Assembly (NCBI GenBank): GCA_035482415.1
Contig: DATHQT010000057.1
Location: 105,944-169,943, forward strand
Reading direction: 5' to 3'
Length of the DNA stretch: 64,000 nucleotides
DNA from: Acidobacteriaceae bacterium
GTDB lineage: Bacteria > Acidobacteriota > Terriglobia > Terriglobales > Acidobacteriaceae
Positions 24,614 to 33,284 of the stretch are shown one piece after another (position 1 is the stretch's first letter; each line of letters starts with the position of its first letter). A program made the position numbers and the translations under genes. The notes below the pieces were generated by a model. That model saw only the letters and a list, made by a program, of their open reading frames with translations. It did not search any database and was not told where the DNA came from.

Positions 24614-27600
24614 CTATGGCTGGGTTTCCGGTGTCGACGCTTGCGGAACGTAGTTGAACTTGAATGAGCGATCCACCGCACCCGACTCAAAGCGGGTGTT
24701 GTACTCGAGCTGATAGGCCGTGTGAGCAGCGTCCGTCGGGTAGTGCTCGGTTGCCGGATAGGGATAGCTGCTCATCCCATGGAAGGGCAGGCTGCCGACG
24801 CTGAACGGTCTGGCCTCGTAGAAGTCCATGTCCTTCACAAAGCCATTCGCGTAAAAGAAGTAGTCGCGCGACCAACCCTTGGGCAGCGCGGGGAGAGTGG
24901 CCGCGCTAAACTCCAGGTCCATGTCCTCACCAGTTCCGAAGATCACGAACTCGTCGTCAATCGCGTGCAGGAGCGGCGTCACATCGCCGTATCGCGTGTA
25001 CGCTCCGCGATGTGGAACGAAGGGCCCAGTGGCGCTCATACGCTGATAGTTGTAGGTGAGGTCGCCCGGCGTGCGCCCATCCAGCTGTTGCGGATATCCG
25101 CGGAAGGCCAGCGTGGCATGGGCCAGCGGAAGCTCAGTGGACTGCGTTGCTAACCCCGCGTTATCAGGCTGCTGTGGTGGCGAGGCTTCGTTGTCGACCA
25201 GCGCCTGGTCCCAGTAAATTTGCAGGTTGGTTGTGATGCGCAAACGCGTTACGCCGGCAGGAAACTTGCCCGTGAGATCAACCGTGACGGTGCGCGGCAA
25301 GCCGGCAGGAAAGCCCATGTCGGCAACCACCTTTCGCCAGGAACCATCGGGCATCTGAGCCTCAATATACGGCGGAATGGGCGAGAGGCCCGCCTGCCAT
25401 GCAGAGTACATAGAACTCGCTGAGAAGTATTCGATGAACCCATGCAGCAGAAGTTGGAGAGGCCACTGCGGCGACCACGCCCCAATGTCGATGGTCAACG
25501 AATGAAGATTTGCGAAGCCAGCGAATGGAAGGTTGGTGAAGTCGCGGACATAAGTCCGTGTCTCGCGATCACTGATATTGCGCTGGCGGAGCACGTCGAG
25601 CACGTTGTTGCCGTGGTCGTCCCAGGCGCCGGCCAGCGGACGCGCGGCTGCGGCAACGATTGTCTTTTCCTTGGCGAAGGGCCGCTCGGAGAGAAAACCT
25701 TCGTTGGGAAAGACACTCGTCCCGGACGGGTGATCGATGGCGACCAGCCGAACCTGGTCGACAAAGTTGACCTCCTCCATGGGCTCGCCGAAGCGAAGAC
25801 TGAAGAGTCCGTTGCGCTGCTGCAGTTGATCACCCTCCACCTTGATCCACTCGTCGGGGTCTGGAATATTTGTGCGCGCAGGCGACACCCAGTGACCAAT
25901 CACCGCCGCGCCGATCACATCCGCGACGAAGTTGTAGCGGGTTCCATTCCATGCAAAGAGGGTTGGGCACGAACTCCCGCGACGATCGATCTCGGTAATG
26001 GGATGCAGGTCGCTCGCCGCGACATCGATCTCATCCTGCGGAACTCCGGTGGGCCACAGCAGTCTCACCAGGTCCGCCTTGTCTGCGCTGCCAAGGCCGG
26101 CAAGAATCTCGCGCTGGCCGGTATCCTCCCACTTCTGCCAGAGCCCATTTGCGAAGACCTGAACCTTGGTGCCGATACCAGTCTTGTTGTCCGCAGCGCC
26201 ATGCAGCACGACGTGCAGCGAGTGGTTGCGGTTGCCACCGACATTCGCAAGCAGCACGCTCGAGCCGTCCGCGTGGGTCACAATCAAATCCGCAGCGCCC
26301 GTGTGATTTACGTCGTCCGCAAGCAGCGAGCGCGGTGAGCGAAGATGGATTTCATTCAGTTTGAGTTCTGCGCTGACATCCACGAAGCCGGCGGGTCCAA
26401 GATTGCGCAGCACTCGAAGTTCAGGACCACGCCGCGTTTGCACCAGCGCTGCAATATCAATCCAGCCGTCATTGTCGAAGTCAATCGGGATCGCCGCTGT
26501 GGCGCTGAGAACGTCCTTCATCGGCAGTGTAACGCGCTCGAAGTTTTTGCCATCGACGTTGCGCCAAAGCGTCACGCCCGGTTCGCTGGAGTGCGACAGA
26601 AGTACATCCATCCACCCATCCTTATTGAAGTCCAGGGTAGCAACCGAGACGGTCGGCGGCAGGCTCGCCGTGTACAGTGGCGAAGACCCGAACGGTCCTT
26701 CACGATGATTCGAGAAGAAGGTAGGAGCAGAGGTTTTGCCCGCCACCAGTAGATCCACGGCACGGTCATTGTTCAGATCTGAAAGGATTGCCGCAGACGT
26801 CGGAGCCGTCCCTTCAAGTCCGGCCGGCTTGGTCCAATCCGTGAAGGTCTTGTTGCCGTTGTTGCGCCACAGCGCGTTGGCCGATCCATGCGAGGCCGTC
26901 GGAGTTCCTGTGATGAAGAGGTCGAGATCCCCATCATGGTCATAGTCGACGAACATCAGGCTGGTCGGGTGGCTGGTATCCGAAATGCCAGAGACGGCAG
27001 TGGCATCTTCAAATTTCCCGTTGCCAAGATTGCGATAGAGCGCGATGCGATCCTGTCCATCCGGGCTGGTCACCGCCAGCGCCAGGTCCGGAAGTCCATC
27101 GTTGTCAAAATCGCCGACGGCGCACGCGAGACCCGTGCCAGCGAGGTGAATGCCCGTAACGGTGGAGGGAACTTCCGCAAATCGAGTCGAACCCGCGCGG
27201 TCAAACACGCGGATAGCATCGTCGCCTTTGCCCATCAGGATAATCGCTGGTTCGTTGTCGGATGATGGATCCAGGAGGCATGCTGCGCCGCTCATGCCGG
27301 TCGTTGCCGTGGCCGCAGGGTGCGAGCTCCACGACTCGCGGAACGTGACCGGGATCATCGCTTCAACGCGGGTCGGCGCAAGCGCAGCATCTTCCACGCG
27401 CGCGTAGATTCCTTCCTCTCCATAGTTGTGCGAGAGCGGCGTCCCGAGCTTGGTGGAGCTGATATGTTGAAAGCGAGCAAGAGCCTGCTGGGCGCCGGCC
27501 GTGTCCCCTTCGCGGCGAAGAACGCGCGCAAGACCAAACAAAGCAGAAGCGTGATGCGGGTCCAGCTCCAGCGCCTTCTGATACTCCGCCTTCGCGGCTG

Positions 27601-28087
27601 AAAGATTGTTCAGCTCGAAATCGACGGACGCAATCATGTAGTGCGTGTCAGGATCGCCCGGCCGAAGCGCGGCAACCTTCTGGAAGGCCTCCAGAGCTTT
27701 GTCTGGTTGATTCTCGTTGCGATAGAGCAGACCAAGGGCATACCAGACATGAGGATCCTTCGGATCTTCGACGGCCGCCGCCTCAAACAGTTGCTTCGCG
27801 TCCGGCAGCTTCTGCAGATACATGAGGGCGATGCCTTCATTCACCTTGGCCAGGGTGAGGCTCGGATCGGCCTTGGCTGCGGCGGCAAAGGTGCTGACCG
27901 CGCGGTCGAGGAACTGCTGGCCTACCAGCGCAGTCCCGAGATTGTTGAGGCGCGCCGCCTCAATCGCTGAGGTCTGCTGCTGGGCGCGGAGCATCGGGGA
28001 AAATGCCGCTGAAATGACCACCACACCCAGGCTCAGGCGCCGCGTGGCTCGTGCTGCAATGTTGCGTTCATCGAAGAAGACAGGCAT
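24614..28087 (-). CDS. 1157-aa exported TPR + FG-GAP/VCBS repeat + ASPIC/UnbV protein (CRTAC1-like) with a long C-terminal extension
   Basis: Signal peptide and N-terminal TPRs (AVEDPKDPHVWYALGLLYRNENQPDKALEAFQKV...). Repeated FG-GAP/VCBS motifs follow (GDFDNDGLPDLAL, VDYDHDGDLDLFI, DFNKDGWMDVLL, DFDNDGWIDIA). ASPIC/UnbV-like segment: NHSLHVVLHGAADNKTGIGTKVQV. Confidence 0.8.
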   Translation of the reverse strand: MPVFFDERNIAARATRRLSLGVVVISAAFSPMLRAQQQTSAIEAARLNNLGTALVGQQFLDRAVSTFAAAAKADPSLTLAKVNEGIALMYLQKLPDAKQLFEAAAVEDPKDPHVWYALGLLYRNENQPDKALEAFQKVAALRPGDPDTHYMIASVDFELNNLSAAKAEYQKALELDPHHASALFGLARVLRREGDTAGAQQALARFQHISSTKLGTPLSHNYGEEGIYARVEDAALAPTRVEAMIPVTFRESWSSHPAATATTGMSGAACLLDPSSDNEPAIILMGKGDDAIRVFDRAGSTRFAEVPSTVTGIHLAGTGLACAVGDFDNDGLPDLALAVTSPDGQDRIALYRNLGNGKFEDATAVSGISDTSHPTSLMFVDYDHDGDLDLFITGTPTASHGSANALWRNNGNKTFTDWTKPAGLEGTAPTSAAILSDLNNDRAVDLLVAGKTSAPTFFSNHREGPFGSSPLYTASLPPTVSVATLDFNKDGWMDVLLSHSSEPGVTLWRNVDGKNFERVTLPMKDVLSATAAIPIDFDNDGWIDIAALVQTRRGPELRVLRNLGPAGFVDVSAELKLNEIHLRSPRSLLADDVNHTGAADLIVTHADGSSVLLANVGGNRNHSLHVVLHGAADNKTGIGTKVQVFANGLWQKWEDTGQREILAGLGSADKADLVRLLWPTGVPQDEIDVAASDLHPITEIDRRGSSCPTLFAWNGTRYNFVADVIGAAVIGHWVSPARTNIPDPDEWIKVEGDQLQQRNGLFSLRFGEPMEEVNFVDQVRLVAIDHPSGTSVFPNEGFLSERPFAKEKTIVAAAARPLAGAWDDHGNNVLDVLRQRNISDRETRTYVRDFTNLPFAGFANLHSLTIDIGAWSPQWPLQLLLHGFIEYFSASSMYSAWQAGLSPIPPYIEAQMPDGSWRKVVADMGFPAGLPRTVTVDLTGKFPAGVTRLRITTNLQIYWDQALVDNEASPPQQPDNAGLATQSTELPLAHATLAFRGYPQQLDGRTPGDLTYNYQRMSATGPFVPHRGAYTRYGDVTPLLHAIDDEFVIFGTGEDMDLEFSAATLPALPKGWSRDYFFYANGFVKDMDFYEARPFSVGSLPFHGMSSYPYPATEHYPTDAAHTAYQLEYNTRFESGAVDRSFKFNYVPQASTPETQP

Positions 28088-28132
28088 GTTCGCTCGCGTT
28101 CGAGGCTGTTGATTGTTCCAAAGATCCGGTGA

Positions 28133-29260
28133 TTAAGATATACGCCTGATCGCTAGTTTCAGGGCGTCGCATACGGCTGCGATCTGTGAATCGTTAATCC
28201 GATTGAAGAAGGGAAGCGCAATGGTGCGCGAGGCGATCGACTCGGTAACGTGAAGGTCCGCGGCAGTCAGAAGGTCGGCGTAGGCCGGCTGCAAATGAAT
28301 GGGTGCGAAGTATCGAGCGCAGCCGATGCCGGCCTGCTCAAGCTCCTTGATCACCTGGTCTCGGTGCGCGGCAGTAAACGCATCTGCAAGACGGACCACA
28401 TAGACGAACCAGCTGATACGGCGGCCAGGGATCTCGTCGATCGGAAGAGTGAGGCGAGTCTCTGCGCATAGCTGCCGGTGATAGATGCGCGCGATTTCCT
28501 CGCGCCGGTCGAGAATAGCGGCCAGGCGCCGCATCTGCCCAATTCCGAGCGTGCACGCGATCTCGGACAGCCGATAGTTGTACCCAATCTCTGTGTGTTG
28601 CACCCAGCTGTCAGTCGGCGCGCGCCCCTGGTTGCGCAAGCTCCGCATCCGCGCAGCAAGATCGGGATCGCGCGTCACGATCATGCCGCCCTCGCCGGTC
28701 GTGATCTGCTTGTTGGGATAGAAGGCGAAGACGGCAACGTTGCCGAAGGAGCCAATCGGCTGCGAGTCAATGGTCGCGCCGAGAGCTTCACAAGCATCCT
28801 CAATCAAGGCAAGCTTATGGTGCTGCGCGAGCGCCACCAGCGCGGGCATATCGGCAGGAACGCCGAACGTATGTACGACGACGATGGCCCGCGTGCGCGA
28901 GTTGACTGCCCGCTCGACCGCGGCCGGCGACAGGTTAAGCGTGATGCAGTCAATGTCAGCAAACACAGGAGTCGCGCCAACATAACGAATCGCGTTGGCT
29001 GCGGCGATGAAGGTGAACGAGGGAACGATGACCTCGTCGCCCGCGCCGATCCCGAGCGCCAGCATCGCGAGGTGCAGCCCTGCGGTGCCCGAGCTTACCG
29101 CAACTGCGTGCGCGACCCCCGTCAGATGCGTGAACGTCGCCTCGAACTCTGTCAGACGCGCCCCCAGGCTGAGTTGTGGGGAGCGCAGTGTCGCAGCCAC
29201 GGCTTCAATTTCAGCTTCGGTAACATCGGGCGATGAGAGAGGAATCTTCGGCGAAGTCAT
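28133..29260 (-). CDS. DegT/DnrJ/EryC1/StrS-family sugar aminotransferase (PLP-dependent)
   Basis: MTSPKIPLSSPDVTEAEIEAV..., VPSFTFIAAANAIRYVGATPVFADID, NKQITTGEGGMIVT. ATG 29260 forms an ATGA overlap with the stop of the upstream epimerase. The track ORF's 114-aa N-terminal extension overlaps that gene and is rejected. Confidence 0.85.
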   Translation of the reverse strand: MTSPKIPLSSPDVTEAEIEAVAATLRSPQLSLGARLTEFEATFTHLTGVAHAVAVSSGTAGLHLAMLALGIGAGDEVIVPSFTFIAAANAIRYVGATPVFADIDCITLNLSPAAVERAVNSRTRAIVVVHTFGVPADMPALVALAQHHKLALIEDACEALGATIDSQPIGSFGNVAVFAFYPNKQITTGEGGMIVTRDPDLAARMRSLRNQGRAPTDSWVQHTEIGYNYRLSEIACTLGIGQMRRLAAILDRREEIARIYHRQLCAETRLTLPIDEIPGRRISWFVYVVRLADAFTAAHRDQVIKELEQAGIGCARYFAPIHLQPAYADLLTAADLHVTESIASRTIALPFFNRINDSQIAAVCDALKLAIRRIS

Positions 29261-30429
29261 TTGGCTGACAGAAGCTCCGCGGGAAGTGACTGGGCGCGCT
29301 TGTGCAGCAAACTCTCGAGCGGTGTCGAGGTCAGCACACCCACGATTCGCTCCGCAGCGTGACCATCGCCGTAGATGTTCTTCATGGATCGAAGGCTCTC
29401 GCGGAAAGCAGGCCGTCGGGACCGGGCAACCTGCACGAGGATGGAGCCGACCGAAGCCGCAGCATCCAGAACGTTGGGACCACGCTCGCGACCTTGCTGC
29501 CGCATTCCTACGTTCACCACCGGCAGCGCAAAGGACGCAGCCTCCATGATGCCGCTGCTGGAGTTGCCCAGCAGCACACTTGCCTCGCGCAGAAGGCTCC
29601 AATAGGTAATCGAAGCAAGGTTGATAAACAAATGCGCGTCAGGATGTACATTGCAAAACGCTCGAATGCGAGCCATCAGCTCGTGGCTCCCGGCGTCGGC
29701 ATTGGGATAGCAAAAGATGATCTGCCCGGAAAGACCTTCGATTGCTGCGAAGACCGCATTCGCTTCGGCCGTTGTGTCCTTGAAGAGGGTAACGGGGTGA
29801 TACGCAACGACGATAACATCCTCCGCCAGCGAAACCTCAAGCGCCCTCTCAAGTTCAGCGCGCGTGAGCAGGGTGCTGCGGCGGATGTGGTCCAGCGAGG
29901 GCGCGCCGGCGCGATGCACACGCCACGGCTCTTCTCCCATGGAGATCACCCGGGCCCGCGCAATATCGGTCGAGGTGAAATGAAGGTGAGCCATCTTGGT
30001 GAGTGCGTTGCGGACAGCATCGTCGATAGCGCCCTCGCTGATCTCGCCCCCTTCGATATGCGCGACGGGGATCCGCAAGGTAAGTGCGACGCTGGCCGGT
30101 GCAAGCATCTCGTAGCGATCCGCGATCAGCAGCAACAGGTCCGGGCGCATGTGGGCGAGCGCGTCCGTGAGGCCGAGAACCGCAAGCCCAAGCGTCTTGG
30201 CCATACCGACGTCGCTGTCCGAACTGAGCAGGCATTCAATTCGCGACGCGATCGGAAAGCCGTCCCGCTCGATCTCGCTGACCGTGGCGCCGAACTCGGG
30301 CGAAAGATGCGCTGCGAGCACGATCAACTTGAGGTCAACTTCAGGATGCGCTTGGAGATCCCTTAGCACCCAATAGAGATGGCTGTAATCGGCGCGCGAG
30401 GACGTGACGACCGCGATGGTGCGTTTCAT
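29257..30429 (-). CDS. UDP-N-acetylglucosamine 2-epimerase, hydrolysing type (NeuC/LegG-like)
   Basis: KRTIAVVTSSRADYSHLYWVLRDL and VAHIEGGEISEGAIDDAVRNALTKMAHLHF match the NeuC-type signatures. ATGA overlap with the upstream dehydratase stop at 30426-30429. Confidence 0.8.
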   Translation of the reverse strand: MKRTIAVVTSSRADYSHLYWVLRDLQAHPEVDLKLIVLAAHLSPEFGATVSEIERDGFPIASRIECLLSSDSDVGMAKTLGLAVLGLTDALAHMRPDLLLLIADRYEMLAPASVALTLRIPVAHIEGGEISEGAIDDAVRNALTKMAHLHFTSTDIARARVISMGEEPWRVHRAGAPSLDHIRRSTLLTRAELERALEVSLAEDVIVVAYHPVTLFKDTTAEANAVFAAIEGLSGQIIFCYPNADAGSHELMARIRAFCNVHPDAHLFINLASITYWSLLREASVLLGNSSSGIMEAASFALPVVNVGMRQQGRERGPNVLDAAASVGSILVQVARSRRPAFRESLRSMKNIYGDGHAAERIVGVLTSTPLESLLHKRAQSLPAELLSAK

Positions 30430-31625
30430 GCGCGCATCTCCGTTGCCAGCCTCAGCGCAGAGTCTTCCTTGCGCGCGGCCAGGATCAGGCTACTGGGTTG
30501 GTACTCGGGCACAAGGAACTGAATCGCGCGTAGCAGTTCCTGCAAGTCGCGCCCACGGGCAGCATCGCGGAGCGTGTCCAGTGCATCGCTCATCTCCGCC
30601 GCAGCAGGTATCGGGGTGTGGATGGTCCGCAGACCCGAGCCACCGAGCTCATCTTGCGAACGCAGCGACTCGGGGCTCGAAACAAGCTGTTCGGAAAGCT
30701 TGTCGCCAGGGCGCAACCCGGTGAATTCGATGGACGCCAGGCTTTGGTGGTGCGCAATTAGATATCGCGCCAAGTCGAGGATGCGGACCGCAGGACCGAC
30801 GCTGGGGAGAATGAGCGCCTTGTCGGATTCCACATCCAGCGCGGCGAATAGTACTCGGACAGCTTCGTCCAACGTGATGAAGTAGCGCTGCGCCTCGGGG
30901 TGGGTTACGCTGACCGGGCCGCCCAAGGCAATCTGCTCAAGAAACAATGGAAGCACGCTGCCCTGCGAACCCATCACGTTGCACAGGCGCGCCACCTTCA
31001 TGCGTGTGGAACCCGGCAGGCTGAGAAGAAGGAGCTCTGCGATGCGTTTGGACGCGCCCATGATACTGCGCGGTTCAACCGCCTTGTCCGTGGAGACGAG
31101 AACAATCTGTTCTACCTCGTGTGCGATCGCAGAATGCGCCAGGGCATACGTGCCGAACACGTTCTGTTCAATGGCCGCAAACGGATTTTGTTCCATCAAT
31201 GGAACGTGCTTCAGAGCTGCTGCGTGGAAGATGATCTCGGGTCGATGCTCCGTCAAGGCACGATCGAGCGTATCGGAATTGCAGACGTCGCCGAGAAGGG
31301 AAACATGTTCTCTCGAACCAGCCTCATGCAGACTGCGATCGACCTGGTAGAGCCCATTCTCCGAGCTGTCGAGGAGCACCAGGCTGGCAGGCAGGGACGC
31401 CGCCGCTGCATGCGACAAGGCCGATCCGATGGACCCTCCCGCTCCCGTAATCAGAACGCGTCTTCCTGTCAGGGACCGCGATCCGAGCAGCCGCCAACTC
31501 GCCGGAGAGCTCGGTGCGATCAGCCGGTCCCAGAACACGGCACCGTGACCCTGGGGCCCGGCAATGCGAAGATCCGTTGAAGCCGCCGTTTGCATGTGTC
31601 TACAGTCTAGAGAATTTCTCCGCAT
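30426..31625 (-). CDS. Soluble CapD/PglF/PseB-like NAD-dependent nucleotide-sugar 4,6-dehydratase
   Basis: Rossmann motif GRRVLITGAGGSIGSAL. FHAAALKHVPLME is typical of the CapD/FlaA1 group. No TM domain. The start could also be the internal ATG (MQTAAS...). Confidence 0.8.
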   Translation of the reverse strand: MRRNSLDCRHMQTAASTDLRIAGPQGHGAVFWDRLIAPSSPASWRLLGSRSLTGRRVLITGAGGSIGSALSHAAAASLPASLVLLDSSENGLYQVDRSLHEAGSREHVSLLGDVCNSDTLDRALTEHRPEIIFHAAALKHVPLMEQNPFAAIEQNVFGTYALAHSAIAHEVEQIVLVSTDKAVEPRSIMGASKRIAELLLLSLPGSTRMKVARLCNVMGSQGSVLPLFLEQIALGGPVSVTHPEAQRYFITLDEAVRVLFAALDVESDKALILPSVGPAVRILDLARYLIAHHQSLASIEFTGLRPGDKLSEQLVSSPESLRSQDELGGSGLRTIHTPIPAAAEMSDALDTLRDAARGRDLQELLRAIQFLVPEYQPSSLILAARKEDSALRLATEMRA

Positions 31626-31805
31626 CGGTCACAACTGCCGGTTTCTGCGTGCAATACCCGGCGTGTCCATCGATCGGTGGAGGAGGACACCCTTCAATAA
31701 GTCCAATACGCCACACGTCTAAGTTGGTATACCTGAATCATCTCCCAACGATCAGAAGCTTGAAAGAGCGCGCCGGCGGACCGTTCCGCTTGCGCGAAGG
31801 CCTTT

Positions 31806-33284
31806 ATGGACGTCGTCGGGAAGATCGCATGTGCAGGTTTGGGTATAGCCCTGTGCTTTGGGTGTGAGGCGGCTGCCTTCACGCAGCGTGCCACGCAGCC
31901 CGGCATTTCCGTCGCCGCGAAGAGGTTGCAGGGTCCCACAGACATCGCCTTCATTCAGACGCTCGAATTCAGACCGGGCAATCCCGCGCAGCGCTTTCCG
32001 CTTGGCAGCCGGCTCGTGCGCTTGCGCCTCGGGGCCGATGGCACGGCATCCTCCATTGCCACCCCCCTGACGCTACAGTTCTTTGCCGCTGCTGATCCCC
32101 AGGTCTCTTTCGACGGCAGCGAGCTGCTCTTCGCCGGCCAAGCCCAGCGCGGCGCCACGTGGCAGATATGGGCGATGCCGGTGGACGGCGGGGCTTCACG
32201 GCAGATCACTCATTGCGCCGGAGATTGTGTCCAGCCCGCGTACCTGCCGGGTGGCGAGATCGCTTACACGTCGCTGCGAGGCGCGGAACCTGCCCGTGCG
32301 TCGGAGGTGCAAGTCTGCCGCAACGACGGATCTGATGTGCATCCGATTACGTTTGGGCCCGGCAGGTACGAAATCGAGGCCGTTTTGCGCAGCGGCCGAC
32401 TGCTGCTGTCTGCCGAGTCGCCGCTGGGGGACAGCCGTGAGGCAGAACCGCTGCGAACACTGTATCTGGTCGACCCGGATGGGTCAGGGTTGATGCGGCT
32501 GCGACAAGACGATCGTGCGCGGGCTACTCATAGCAGCGCTGTCGAGCTGGCGGACGGGACCATCCTCTTCATGCAGCGGAATGCGACGAGCACTTCGGAA
32601 GGGCGCCTCGCCTGGATCCGTCCCGGAGCCTTGAACGCCACGGCCATCGAGCACACGCATTCGGAATATGCGTCGGCGACCGCGCTCGACGATGAGACGC
32701 TGCTGGTATCGCGGCGCGCCCCGGGACTTCGCTTCGATCTGTATCAACTCTCTCTAAACAGTGGCGGCCGCGAGCAGTTGCTCTACCGGGATGCGCACGC
32801 GTCGAGCGTTCAGGCCGTTCATATTGTTCCCCATCCCGCAGCGCTCGCTTACCGCAGCATTTTGCATCCGGATCGTACATCCGGACGCATCATTTGTCTC
32901 GACGCCTATGCTTCCAAAGATTTTGCTAACGGTCGCTTGCCCGGGCCGATCGTGCGCGTGCGAGCTCTCATGAAGACGCAGAGCGGCGAGAAGATTCTGG
33001 GAGAAGCCCCGGTCGAACGCGACGGATCGTTTTACGCGACAGTGCCCGCGGATCTGCCGATACGCCTGCAGTTGATTGGCGCAGAGGGTGAAGTTCTGAA
33101 GCAGCAGCGCAGCTGGATGTGGGTGCGTAATGGGGAAGATCGCGGATGCGTTGGGTGCCATGAGAGCCAGGCGCTGACGCCAGAGAATCGTTCGCCAATG
33201 ACCTTGCAGCGCCTCGATACACCGACGCCGCTCATGGGTGAACGGGTCTCTAACCCAGGCACGCAGAAGGGAGCGCGACCTTGA
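31806..33284 (+). CDS. Exported PD40/TolB-like beta-propeller protein with a C-terminal single CxxCH haem-c motif (HzsA-middle-domain-like candidate)
   Basis: Hydrophobic N-terminus IACAGLGIALCFGC. PD40-like blades (GSELLFAGQAQRGATWQIWAMPVDGGASRQIT; LYLVDPDGSGLMRL). The C-terminus reads WMWVRNGEDRGCVGCHE, with CVGCH at nt 33147-33161. Confidence 0.55.
   Translation: MDVVGKIACAGLGIALCFGCEAAAFTQRATQPGISVAAKRLQGPTDIAFIQTLEFRPGNPAQRFPLGSRLVRLRLGADGTASSIATPLTLQFFAAADPQVSFDGSELLFAGQAQRGATWQIWAMPVDGGASRQITHCAGDCVQPAYLPGGEIAYTSLRGAEPARASEVQVCRNDGSDVHPITFGPGRYEIEAVLRSGRLLLSAESPLGDSREAEPLRTLYLVDPDGSGLMRLRQDDRARATHSSAVELADGTILFMQRNATSTSEGRLAWIRPGALNATAIEHTHSEYASATALDDETLLVSRRAPGLRFDLYQLSLNSGGREQLLYRDAHASSVQAVHIVPHPAALAYRSILHPDRTSGRIICLDAYASKDFANGRLPGPIVRVRALMKTQSGEKILGEAPVERDGSFYATVPADLPIRLQLIGAEGEVLKQQRSWMWVRNGEDRGCVGCHESQALTPENRSPMTLQRLDTPTPLMGERVSNPGTQKGARP

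Noticed and set aside
28133-29602. N-terminal extensions of track ORFs: 28133..29602, 34885..36969, 40882..42132, 50373..52595, 23179..24690, 19993..21009, 15443..16249, 46496..50362
   Set aside because: In each case the extension overlaps the upstream gene or a terminator hairpin, and a downstream start gives a proper RBS, signal peptide or ATGA coupling. These are treated as start-site refinements, not as gene fusions or overlapping genes.
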